Below, piece after piece: positions 33,718 to 48,235 of a stretch of DNA of 64,000 nt. Origin of the DNA: Acidobacteriota bacterium (GTDB lineage Bacteria; Acidobacteriota; Thermoanaerobaculia; UBA5066; Gp7-AA6); NCBI GenBank assembly GCA_027307335.1, contig DAHUXD010000030.1, forward strand, positions 2,707-66,706, read 5' to 3'. The notes under the pieces are model-generated. The model ran no database searches and was not told the DNA's origin. It saw nothing but the letters and a program-made list of their open reading frames with translations. Made by a program: the position numbers and the translations under genes. How positions within the stretch are numbered: the stretch's first letter is position 1; each line of letters starts with the position of its first letter.

Positions 33718-34959
33718 ATGCGCATTCCGCTCTTCCACATGGAGCGCACTCAGTGCCTCTACGAGAACGGGGTGCGCTGGAACCTGTCGGAAAGCGGGGT
33801 CGAGCCCCTTCGGGTCGAGGAGCTCCTCGGTCCCGAGATGGACGCCGCCGCCCTTCTCTCCCAGTCGCTCAAGTACCCGGAGGCGGACGGCTCGGTCCTC
33901 CTGCGGGAGCGCATCGCGGCGTTCTATCCGGGAGCGGACGCCGGGAACGTCCTCGTGACGACCGGGTGCTCCGAGGCGAACTACGCCGCTCTGTGGGGAC
34001 TGCTGGACGAGCGCGACCGCATCGCGGTGATGCTGCCCAACTACCTGCAGTCGTGGGGCCTCGGCGCGATCTACGCGCAGAAGGCGGACGCGTACCGTCT
34101 CGTGCCGCGGCGCCGCGGCCTCGCGGCCCGATGGGCGCTCGACCTCGCGAGCCTGTCGCGCGCGGTCGGCCGGAAGACGAAGGTGGTCCTCGTGACCAAC
34201 CCGAACAATCCGACAGGAGCGGTTCTGACCGAGGAGGAGATGGACGCGATCGTCGCGGCCGCCGACCGCGTCGGCGCCTGGATCGTCTCGGACGAGGTCT
34301 ACCGCGGCGCGGAGATCAGCCCCGGTCCCGTCTCGCCGACCTTCTTCGGGCGATACGAGCGAGTCGTGGTCACGGGCGGTCTGTCGAAGGCTTTCGGAAT
34401 GCCGGGCCTGCGGGTCGGCTGGATCGTCGCGCCTCCGAAGCTCCGGGACTCCTTCTGCGCGTACCTCGACTACACGACGCTGACCCCGTCGATGCTCTCG
34501 GACCGCCTCGCGCGCCTCGCGCTCGAGCCGGCGCGCCGCGAGGCGCTGCTCGCCCGGACCCGGTCGATTCTCGCCCGCAACCTTCCGGAGCTCGAGGCCT
34601 GGATCCGGGGCCACGGGCCGCTCTTCGACTACATCCCGCCCGTCGCCGGGGCGATCGCCTTCCTCCGTTATCGTCTGCCGATCGCCTCGATCGCGCTCTT
34701 TGAGCGGCTTCGGCTCGAGGAGTCCGTCCTGGTCACCCCGGGCGGGCACTTCGGGGCGGGGTCATACCTGCGGATCGGGTACGGCTACGATCCGGACCGC
34801 ACCCGGAAGGGCCTGGCCGCGATCGATCGTTTCCTGCGCCGCTTCGACTCGGGGAACGGACGTTCGAAATCGAAACTGGCGCCGGGCAGGACTCGACCGG
34901 TGACCGGGAGGATGCGCGCCCGAGAGTCGAGCCGATCTATCGGGAGGTCACGGACTTAG
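33718..34959 (+). CDS. Class I/II PLP-dependent aminotransferase
   Basis: 413 aa. NPNNPTG and the PLP-lysine motif SKAFGMPGLRVGW. A low-complexity basic tail follows the conserved core. Confidence 0.85.
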   Translation: MRIPLFHMERTQCLYENGVRWNLSESGVEPLRVEELLGPEMDAAALLSQSLKYPEADGSVLLRERIAAFYPGADAGNVLVTTGCSEANYAALWGLLDERDRIAVMLPNYLQSWGLGAIYAQKADAYRLVPRRRGLAARWALDLASLSRAVGRKTKVVLVTNPNNPTGAVLTEEEMDAIVAAADRVGAWIVSDEVYRGAEISPGPVSPTFFGRYERVVVTGGLSKAFGMPGLRVGWIVAPPKLRDSFCAYLDYTTLTPSMLSDRLARLALEPARREALLARTRSILARNLPELEAWIRGHGPLFDYIPPVAGAIAFLRYRLPIASIALFERLRLEESVLVTPGGHFGAGSYLRIGYGYDPDRTRKGLAAIDRFLRRFDSGNGRSKSKLAPGRTRPVTGRMRARESSRSIGRSRT

Positions 34960-35050
34960 GCTTCGCCGCCGGCGTTGTGACCTGGCACACAGCACCCCGA
35001 TAAATTGCTGAAACAGCATAACTTTCGGCACCTGTCCCACGGGTCAAGGT

Positions 35051-35079
35051 TTGAATTCTCACCCTTTTTTCCCTATAAT
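35051..35079 (+). promoter_or_regulatory. Sigma70-type promoter for cdnL
   Basis: TTGAAT (35051..35056), a 17-bp spacer, then TATAAT (35074..35079). It lies in an AT-rich gap about 49 nt upstream of the GTG start, which has a GAGGAGG Shine-Dalgarno at 35116..35122. Confidence 0.5.
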
Positions 35080-35127
35080 TCGCGGCTCCCGTATCAGGCA
35101 CTTTTTCTTTTGAGTGAGGAGGACCGA

Positions 35128-35646
35128 GTGGGATTCAAGGTGGGAGAGAAGATCGTTTACCCGAACCACGGAGTCTCCGTGGTCGAAAAGATCGGCGAGG
35201 GGTTCCAGACGGAGCCGGTGGCTCCGAAGAGCTTCTATCACCTCCGTCTCCTTTCGAACAATTCCCGGGTCATGGTGCCGGTCGGGAACACGGGTCTGAT
35301 CGGTCTGCGCCGCCTCACGCAGCGCAAGGACATCACCGGTCTCATGAAGACCCTCGGTGACGGGCGGTTCTCGGCGACGGGCGACTGGAAGGGCCGCTAC
35401 AAGCAAAATCTCGACAAGATGAAGAGCGGCGAGCTCAACAAGATCGCCGACGTCCTGAAGACGCTCAACTACATCTCGTCCCGGAAGACGCTGTCGTTCC
35501 GCGAGAAGAAGATGTACGAGCGGGCAAAGTACCTCATCGTCTCGGAGATCGCCGTGATCAACGGCCTCGACGAGAAGGAGGTCGAGCGGCAGGTGGACCG
35601 GGCCCTCGCCCGGTCGGCGGGATCGCGGCCGGTCGTCGCGCACTGA
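35128..35646 (+). CDS. cdnL: CarD/CdnL-family RNA-polymerase-binding transcription factor
   Basis: 172 aa from GTG 35128. FKVGEKIVYPNHGVSVVEKI...Y.LRLL...RVMVPV is the N-terminal Tudor-like CarD_TRCF motif, followed by a helical C-terminal domain. Confidence 0.85.
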   Translation: MGFKVGEKIVYPNHGVSVVEKIGEGFQTEPVAPKSFYHLRLLSNNSRVMVPVGNTGLIGLRRLTQRKDITGLMKTLGDGRFSATGDWKGRYKQNLDKMKSGELNKIADVLKTLNYISSRKTLSFREKKMYERAKYLIVSEIAVINGLDEKEVERQVDRALARSAGSRPVVAH

Positions 35647-35669
35647 GGACACCCGATTCGGGAACGAGC

Positions 35670-35693
35670 GGGGCGGCGAAAGCCGCCCCTTTT
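35670..35693 (+). terminator. Rho-independent terminator after cdnL
   Basis: Perfect 8-bp GC stem GGGGCGGC / GCCGCCCC with a GAAA tetraloop, followed by TTTT, 24 nt past the stop. Confidence 0.75.
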
Positions 35694-35735
35694 GATTGGA
35701 GTCGATCCTCCGTCCGCCGCTCCCACTTCAATAGA

Positions 35736-36293
35736 ATGGTCCCCGTGGAAGCGAAGAAATCTTCGATCGCCCAGTCCGTGGTCATGCTCCTCGTCGGCGG
35801 ACTCGTCGGCTTCGGCGCCGGCTACTTCACGGGAGGTGGAGGCCGGCCGGGAGGGGGAGCCTCGGGACCCGTCGCCGCGGGCGACCGGGTCGGCGAGCTC
35901 AAGCAGAGCCTCGCCCGCGATCCCGAGAACCCCGAGATCCTGATGGACATCGGGAACGCGTACTACGACCGGGAGGACTGGGACGACGCCATCAAGTGCT
36001 ACGAGAAGGCCCGGCGCAAGGTCCCGAAGAACCCGAACCTGCTCTCCGACCTCGGCGCCGCGCACCGCAACCGCGGCGAGTTCGACACGGCGGTCGCCTA
36101 CTTCCAGAAGGCCCGCGAGGCGAACCCGGAGCACTGGCAGTCGCTCCTCAACTGGCTCCTCGTCGAGGCCTACGACCGCCGCGACGGGAAGGCGGCCCAG
36201 CCGCTGATGGACGAGGTCAAGAAGCGCTACCCGGAGATTCCGCAGCTCGACAAGATTCAGGAGCAGATCTCGAGCCTCCGATCGGGCGCGTGA
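35736..36293 (+). CDS. Membrane-anchored TPR-repeat protein
   Basis: 185 aa. One N-terminal TM (IAQSVVMLLVGGLVGFGAGYF), a Gly-rich linker and about 3 TPR repeats (NAYYDREDWDDAIKCYEKARRKVP...). Confidence 0.65.
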   Translation: MVPVEAKKSSIAQSVVMLLVGGLVGFGAGYFTGGGGRPGGGASGPVAAGDRVGELKQSLARDPENPEILMDIGNAYYDREDWDDAIKCYEKARRKVPKNPNLLSDLGAAHRNRGEFDTAVAYFQKAREANPEHWQSLLNWLLVEAYDRRDGKAAQPLMDEVKKRYPEIPQLDKIQEQISSLRSGA

Positions 36294-36558
36294 TGGCCCG
36301 GCTCCTCCTCGTCCTCTTCGTCCTGTTCATGCTGCTGACGGTCCTCCGCGGCCTGCGGATCTTCCTGCGCGCCTTTTTCCGGGACACCGCGGGCCTCCGA
36401 AAGGCAGGGGGTCCGCCCGCGGTCCGCCAGGCCGAGATGGTGCGGGATCCGGTGTGCGGGACCTGGATCGACCGCTCGATCGCGCTCCCGGCGCATCGGG
36501 GCGGCGCGATCGTTCCGGTGTGCTCGGAGGAGTGTCGCCGGACCCTCGAGCGCGCGGG

Positions 36559-36562
<4 letters not shown>
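36293..36562 (+). CDS. Small membrane protein with a TRASH/YHS-like Cys motif
   Basis: 89 aa. ATG shares one base with the upstream TGA (TGATG), and its own stop overlaps the rarA ATG (ATGA). N-terminal TM (LLLVLFVLFMLLTVL). C-X21-C-X3-C (CGTWID...VPVCSEEC) fits the TRASH pattern. Confidence 0.5.
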
Positions 36563-42349
<5,787 letters not shown>

Positions 42350-42468
42350 GATTGGACGGCTAACACCTGAGGGGTGGGAGTTTATTTCGGATTTCCGGGT
42401 CGCGATAGGGGAGCGGCCGGGCGGGCCGCGGGGGCGGGCGGTTTCGCGGCGTTCTCCCGCCGCGGAGG

Positions 42469-43311
42469 TCAGCGAGTCTCGAGGATGTAGTCGAGAGGGT
42501 TGACGGCGTGGCCGTCGACGTGGACCTCGTAGTGCAGGTGAGGCGCCGTCGAGCGGCCCGTGGAGCCGACGAGCCCGACGCGGTCGCCGCGGCGGACGCG
42601 CTGCCCTTCGGCCACGAGCGTCTGCTCGAGATGGCCAAAGAGCGTCTCGTAGCGGTCGCCGTGAGCGATCGCGATGGCCTTGCCGTATTCGCCGGCCCAG
42701 CCGCTCCGGACGACCACTCCGTCCGCGGTCGCGAGCACCGGCTCGCTGCGCGGGGTCGAGATGTCGAGGCCTTCGTGGAACGCCGGCTGGCCGGTGAACG
42801 GATCCGCCCGCACCCCGAATCCCGAGTTGACGACGCCGTGGACCGGCCAGACCGTCGGCGTCTCGGCGACGAGCTCGCGGCGGTGCGTGAACTGGGTCTC
42901 GAGCAGCGCGAGCCGCGAGGCGAGGAGGGCGCTCTCTCCGGCGAGGTCCGCGCCGGTGCCGGGAACGGGGGCCGGACCGCCGACGCCGGGACGCACCGCC
43001 TCGGAGAGGCCGGCGACGATCGCGAGACGGCGCGTGCGCGCCTCGAAGTCCGTTAGCTGCTTCGAGACGCCATCGAGCTTCCGATGGAGGGCCGCGGTCG
43101 AAGCGCGGAGCCGGTCGTTCTCGGCCATCGCGAACCGGTAGAGGCGGTCCTGCCGCGACGTGGCGAAGAACGCCCAGCCGAACGCCACGGCGGCAACGAG
43201 GAGGATCGCGGCGCCGGCGGCGGCCAGTCCGAGCGCGCGCGTGGAGATGGTCATCTGCCGGAACCGCGCCCGCGCGTGCGGCACGAAGATGATGGTGTTG
43301 TACTTCTTCAT
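42469..43311 (-). CDS. M23-family peptidoglycan metalloendopeptidase
   Basis: 280 aa from internal ATG 43311 ([12 protein letters not shown]). TM anchor, coiled-coil region, and LytM motifs HEGLDI and [15 protein letters not shown]. Confidence 0.85.
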   Translation of the reverse strand: MKKYNTIIFVPHARARFRQMTISTRALGLAAAGAAILLVAAVAFGWAFFATSRQDRLYRFAMAENDRLRASTAALHRKLDGVSKQLTDFEARTRRLAIVAGLSEAVRPGVGGPAPVPGTGADLAGESALLASRLALLETQFTHRRELVAETPTVWPVHGVVNSGFGVRADPFTGQPAFHEGLDISTPRSEPVLATADGVVVRSGWAGEYGKAIAIAHGDRYETLFGHLEQTLVAEGQRVRRGDRVGLVGSTGRSTAPHLHYEVHVDGHAVNPLDYILETR

Positions 43312-43414
43312 CGGATCGCCTCTCCGGCGCCCGGCGGACGGGCTTCCCCCCGTACGCCGCCGAACCGCTTGGGAGTCACAGACCGGAATCCGGGTCCCGG
43401 TGGTTGAGGCGATC

Positions 43415-44968
43415 CTATGAACGCCCTCCGCGGCTGTCAACCTGAACGGTCGGGCAGGCCGCGAGGAGCGCGGGGGCGCGGAACGACAGCGCCTCGGACA
43501 GGTGCCGCGCCAGAACATGCCGGCTTTCCGCGAGATCCGCGATGGTGCGTGCGACGCGGAGACCGCGGTGCACCGCGCGAACGGACAGGCCGAGGCGCTC
43601 GAGAGCCGTCTCGAGAACACGCCGGCCGTCGTGATCGAGGGCACAATGCCGGCCGAGTTCGTCGGTCGAGAGATCGGCGTTGCGGAAGCCTCCGGCGCCG
43701 GGTCGCCGCGCCGCGGCGCGGTTTCGCGCCCGCACGATGCGCTCCCGCACCGAGGCGGAGCTCTCCGACGCTGCGGCGCCGGCGAGGTCCTTCCAGGCGA
43801 CGGGCTCGACCGCGACGTGGAGATCGATGCGGTCGAGCAGCGGGCCCGAGATGCGCCGGGCGTATCGGCGCCGCTCGCGCGGATCGCAGGCGCAGGCGCG
43901 CCGCGGGTCGCCGTAGAAGCCGCAGGGGCACGGGTTCATCGCGGCGACGAGGAGAAAGTCGGACGGGAACGCCGCGGCGCCGGAGGCGCGCACGACGCAG
44001 ACGCGGCGGTCCTCGAGCGGCTGTCGGATCGCCTCGAGCACGTCGCGGCGGAACTCGGGCAGCTCGTCCAGGAAGAGCACGCCGCGATGCGCGAGCGAGA
44101 CCTCGCCCGGCGTGGGGCGCGGGCCCCCGCCGACGAGGCCCGGCGCGGAGACTCCGTGGTGCGGAGCGCGAAACGGCGGCGCGGTGAGGAGACCCGAGCC
44201 GGGGACGAGGGCTCCCGCGACCGAGTGGATCCGCGTCGCCTCGATCGCCTCGGGCGGAGAGAGCGGCGGGAGGATGCCGGGGAGGCGCCGCGCGAGCATC
44301 GTCTTGCCGGAGCCCGGCGGCCCGGCGAGCAGGAGGTGATGCCCACCGGCGGCGGCGATCTCCGCGGCGCGCCGCGCGATCGCCTGGCCGCGCACCGCCG
44401 CGAGATCCGCCACGGGCGGCGCCGCGGGCGCGACGGTCCGGGAGGCCGGAGGGATCGGAGCGCGTCCGAGGACGTGCGCGACGGCCGCGGAGAGGTGCGA
44501 GACGGGAATGGTGCGAATGCCGGGGACCGCCGCGGCCTCCGACGCGTTCCGCTCCGGCAGGACGATCTCGGAGAAGCCGCCGTCGCGCGCCGCGAGCGCG
44601 AGGCAGAGGGCGCCGCGCACCGGGCGGACCTCGCCGCCGAGGCCGAGCTCGCCGACGAACACGCGCGGCGGCTCGTCGGGGCCGCTAAACCCGCACAGCC
44701 GCAGCAGGCCGATCGCGACCGGCAGGTCGAGGGCCGCGCCGCACTTTCGAAAGTCGGCGGGCGCGAGGTTGACGGTGACCGCCCCCTCGGGCATCGGGAA
44801 GCCCCCGTTCTTCAGCGCGGAGCGGACCCGTTCGCGCGCTTCGCGGACGCTCGCGTCGGGAAGGCCCACGATCGTGAAGCGGGGCAGGCCGAAGGACGCA
44901 TCGACCTCGACGTCGAGGACGCGCGCGTCGAGCCCGTACGTGGCGGCGGAATGGATGCGGGCGAGCAT
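43415..44968 (-). CDS. comM: YifB/ComM-family Mg-chelatase-like AAA+ ATPase
   Basis: 517 aa. Lon-protease-like N-domain, Walker A GPPGSGKT, VLFLDELPEF, and PCPCG zinc-ribbon-like insert. Confidence 0.9.
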   Translation of the reverse strand: MLARIHSAATYGLDARVLDVEVDASFGLPRFTIVGLPDASVREARERVRSALKNGGFPMPEGAVTVNLAPADFRKCGAALDLPVAIGLLRLCGFSGPDEPPRVFVGELGLGGEVRPVRGALCLALAARDGGFSEIVLPERNASEAAAVPGIRTIPVSHLSAAVAHVLGRAPIPPASRTVAPAAPPVADLAAVRGQAIARRAAEIAAAGGHHLLLAGPPGSGKTMLARRLPGILPPLSPPEAIEATRIHSVAGALVPGSGLLTAPPFRAPHHGVSAPGLVGGGPRPTPGEVSLAHRGVLFLDELPEFRRDVLEAIRQPLEDRRVCVVRASGAAAFPSDFLLVAAMNPCPCGFYGDPRRACACDPRERRRYARRISGPLLDRIDLHVAVEPVAWKDLAGAAASESSASVRERIVRARNRAAARRPGAGGFRNADLSTDELGRHCALDHDGRRVLETALERLGLSVRAVHRGLRVARTIADLAESRHVLARHLSEALSFRAPALLAACPTVQVDSRGGRS

Positions 44969-45021
44969 GAAGCCTCCTCGGGGCCGAGGAGCGCCTGATC
45001 GCCGATGAGGACCGGGCTAGT

Positions 45022-46653
45022 TTACTTCGTCTTCGCCGGAATCGAGATCTTGTCGCCCGCCTTCAGCGACGGCGTGCCGCCGAGGCCGTTGATCGCCAGG
45101 ATCTCGGCGACCGTCACGCCGTGGCGGAGCGCGATCCGATAGAGGGTGTCGCCGCTCCGGACGAGGTAGCTCTTGGAGGCTTGAGGCGCGGCGCTCGCCG
45201 CCTTCACGGCGCCCTTCTTCGGCGTCGACTTGCGAACGGCGGCGGTCTTCTGCGGGATCAGGATCTCCTGCCCGCGCGCGACCCTCGCGCGGGGCGACAG
45301 GGAGTTCGCGTCGGCGATCGCCGTGACGGAGATGCCGTACCGCTTCGCGATCCGGGGCAGCGTCTCGCCCTTCTTCGCTGTGTGCGTCTTGAAGAGCGGC
45401 GGCGGCGTCGTGGGCGTGGCCGCGAAGGCGGCGAGGAACGTCTCGCGAGCGCCCGAGGGGATCCTCAGGTCGTAGCCCTCGGGTTCCCGCGGCGTGACCG
45501 GGGTCCGCAGCTCCGGGTTGAGCGCCTGAAGATCTTCGTAGGCGACCTTCATTCCTCCCGCGACCGTCCGCAGGTCGACGGAGCGGTCGAGCGTGACCAG
45601 CTCGAAGTCGAGGGGCGGCGCGAGCGTCACGTCGAAACCGTAGTGGGAGGGGTCCTTCGAGATCAGCAGCGAGGCGAGGAAGGCGGGAACGTAGTTGGCC
45701 GTCTGGCGGCGGATCGCGGACGTGCCGGCGAGCTGCCAGAAGTCACGCGCGCCCGTCCGGTCCATGGCGCGGAGGATCTTGCCCTCGCCCGCGTTGTACG
45801 CGGCCATCACCAGGTACCAGTCGTTGAAGATCTCGTGCAGGTACGTCAGGTAGCGGGCCGCGGCGCGGGTCGCCTTCTCCGGGTCGCTGCGCTCGTCGAC
45901 GACGCCGTTGGACTTCAGCCCGTACTGCCTTCCGGTCCGGGGCATGAACTGCCAGATGCCCTGCGCGGCGCGCGGCGATCGGGCGTGCGGCAGGAACGAG
46001 GACTCGATGAACGCGATCCACGCGAGGTCCTGCGGCAGGCCCTCCTCGGCGAAGACGCGCTGGATCATCGGGATGTAACGGCCCGATCGCCCGAGACCGG
46101 CCGCGATCTTGTCGTGGAGTCCGTCGCTCTGGAACGCGGCCACGAGACGCAGCACGGCGTCGTTGACGACGAGCGGAACGTCCGAGGACGTCGCGCCGAT
46201 CGCCGCCGCGACCTCCTCCCGCGCGGCCGAGATCTCCTCCGGGGTCGCCTCGGGACTCTCGATCGCCTCGAGCTCCGGCGAGACCTGGCCGTGCGACGTT
46301 CCGGCCTCCTCGGTCGGCCCGGCGAGCGCCTCGTAGCGCTGGATGCCGTCCCAGAGGTCGTAGGAGAACGCGAGCCGCGATCCGCTCGACGGGGGCTCGC
46401 CGACCGGCTGCACCGCCGCGATCGCGGCGTCGAAGTAGAGCCGCGCGCACTCGATGTTGCCGTTCAGCGCCGCGTCGCGGCCGAGATCGAACGATTCGGT
46501 CGCGCTCGCGATCGCGGGATCGACGGCTTCGGGCGCCGCGGTCGGCGCCTCGACGGCCGTTGCGCGGCGGGACGACGCGCACCCGCTGGCCGCGCCCGCG
46601 ATCGCGGCCGCGGAGACAACGCTCCACCCGAGCCATCTCGTCGCCGAGGGCAT
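45022..46653 (-). CDS. MltD-like lytic transglycosylase lipoprotein with two C-terminal LysM domains
   Basis: 543 aa. Lipobox AASGC. SLT core AFIESSFLPHARSPRAAQGIWQFMP. LysM repeats (HTAKKGETLPRIAKRYGISV...; YLVRSGDTLYRIALRHGVTV...). Confidence 0.85.
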   Translation of the reverse strand: MPSATRWLGWSVVSAAAIAGAASGCASSRRATAVEAPTAAPEAVDPAIASATESFDLGRDAALNGNIECARLYFDAAIAAVQPVGEPPSSGSRLAFSYDLWDGIQRYEALAGPTEEAGTSHGQVSPELEAIESPEATPEEISAAREEVAAAIGATSSDVPLVVNDAVLRLVAAFQSDGLHDKIAAGLGRSGRYIPMIQRVFAEEGLPQDLAWIAFIESSFLPHARSPRAAQGIWQFMPRTGRQYGLKSNGVVDERSDPEKATRAAARYLTYLHEIFNDWYLVMAAYNAGEGKILRAMDRTGARDFWQLAGTSAIRRQTANYVPAFLASLLISKDPSHYGFDVTLAPPLDFELVTLDRSVDLRTVAGGMKVAYEDLQALNPELRTPVTPREPEGYDLRIPSGARETFLAAFAATPTTPPPLFKTHTAKKGETLPRIAKRYGISVTAIADANSLSPRARVARGQEILIPQKTAAVRKSTPKKGAVKAASAAPQASKSYLVRSGDTLYRIALRHGVTVAEILAINGLGGTPSLKAGDKISIPAKTK

Positions 46654-46809
46654 GAAAATAGGTTAAACCGGGGTCGAGGGAAAAGACAAAGCCTTTATGG
46701 GATTTGTCTTACATCGAGGACAGTGAGGAGGGTCACAGGAGGCCGGTCATCCCGAGCGAAGCGAGAGATCCGGTTTCTCGGAGGCACCCGGACGCGTGCG
46801 GCGTCGCGG

Positions 46810-48177
46810 TCACTTGCCGAGGATGTGGAACTTGAGAGAGAGAAGCAGCTTCTGGATGTCGCTTTTCGACTGGAGCTCGATCGGGAAGCTCTTCGCCTCT
46901 CCGATCTCGTTGCCCTTGCCGTCCTCGAACTTCAGCGCGACCGTGATCTGGTGGCCCTGGAGCTGGCGGCGCGGAACGTGGACCTCGAACACCTTGCTCA
47001 CTTCCTTCCGGTGGTTGAGGCTGCTCGCGAGCAGATCGTCGACCGAGATCCCCGCGGGCGCGGGACGCTTCTTCTCTTCGGTCGCGGACGCCGACGCGGT
47101 CGAGGTCTTCCGCAGCTTCTCGAGCTCCGCGAGGATGTCGATGTTCGAGCCGACCTTGACGTGCCGGACCTCCTCGGTGATGGCCTTCTCCGGCTCGGGC
47201 TCGGGTGCCTCGGCGAACGACACCTCGGCGATCTCGCCCTCCGCCGGTCGCGCCCGAGCGGCGGCGGCCGCCGCATCGGGCAGCGGCGCGTCCAGCGAGT
47301 CGAGCGCCTGTTCGAACTCCTGCACCGTCTCGACGTCGGCGCCGTCGAAACCCGAGGGCGGCTGATTGAGCTCGTGCGCGAGCGCGGGCGCATCCGGCTG
47401 CGCGGAGAAGGTGCCCGGCTCGAACTCGAGCGCCTCCTCGATTTCCGCGGTCGCCTCGACGACGAGGGGTTTCGGAGTCGGCACGGGCGGAGGCGGCGGC
47501 ACGGGAGCGGCCGGCGGCTTCGCGGGCGGGAGAGGCGCGGGTGTCGGCGCGGGCGCCGCCTTCGCGGGCGCGGGTTTTTCCTCGCCGAGCATCCTCTTCT
47601 TCAGCGACCGCAGCGTCAGCCGCGAGATCGCCTTCAGGGTCTCGAAGACGCCCTGGCCGAGGACCGCGCACGCCTCGTAGCTCTCGTGCAGGCGCTCGCG
47701 GTTCACGCTTTCCTCGAGCTCCTCGAGCGAAAGGATGTTCGCGAGGTCACGCTTGTTGTACTGAAAGACGAGCGGGATTTCCTCGAGCTTGATGCCGATC
47801 TCCGCGAGGTTCGTCTTCAGGTTCGCGAGCGACTCGACGTTCGCGTCCTTCATGGCGCGTTGAGAATCGGCCACGAACACGATGCCGTCCACGCCCTTCA
47901 GGACGAGCTTGCGCGTCGTGTTGTAGAAGACCTGGCCCGGCACCGTGTAGAGCTGGATCCGCGTCTTGAATCCCCCGATCACGCCGACGTCGAGGGGCAG
48001 CAGGTCGAAGAAGAGCGTGCGGTCCGTTTCGGTTTCGAGCGAAACCATCTCGCCCCGCGAGCCCGGGGCGGTCCGTCCGTAGATGTGGTGCAGGTTGGTG
48101 GTCTTTCCGCACAGACCCGGGCCGTAGTACACGACCTTGGCCGCCATCTGCATCGTGGCGTAGTTGAAGAAGACCAT
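46810..48177 (-). CDS. mglA: MglA-type Ras-like GTPase fused to a ~260-aa C-terminal extension
   Basis: 455 aa from ATG 48177. The first ~195 aa are near-textbook MglA (KVVYYGPGLCGKTTN; ETDRTLFFDLLPL; YTVPGQVFY; QYNKRDL). A Pro/Ala linker, an acidic region and a ~90-aa beta-looking C-terminal module follow. Confidence 0.85.
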   Translation of the reverse strand: MVFFNYATMQMAAKVVYYGPGLCGKTTNLHHIYGRTAPGSRGEMVSLETETDRTLFFDLLPLDVGVIGGFKTRIQLYTVPGQVFYNTTRKLVLKGVDGIVFVADSQRAMKDANVESLANLKTNLAEIGIKLEEIPLVFQYNKRDLANILSLEELEESVNRERLHESYEACAVLGQGVFETLKAISRLTLRSLKKRMLGEEKPAPAKAAPAPTPAPLPPAKPPAAPVPPPPPVPTPKPLVVEATAEIEEALEFEPGTFSAQPDAPALAHELNQPPSGFDGADVETVQEFEQALDSLDAPLPDAAAAAARARPAEGEIAEVSFAEAPEPEPEKAITEEVRHVKVGSNIDILAELEKLRKTSTASASATEEKKRPAPAGISVDDLLASSLNHRKEVSKVFEVHVPRRQLQGHQITVALKFEDGKGNEIGEAKSFPIELQSKSDIQKLLLSLKFHILGK

Positions 48178-48235
48178 TAGTTCGTTGTCGGACGCGCCGC
48201 GCCCGGTCGTCGAGAATTGTAACACCGGCAACGGG

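Noticed and set aside
48178-48235. An mglB (Roadblock/LC7) partner gene next to mglA
   Set aside because: Only 58 nt separate mglA from the upstream DUF2520 gene, and 156 nt of non-coding DNA lie downstream. No small ORF with a Roadblock-like sequence is present.
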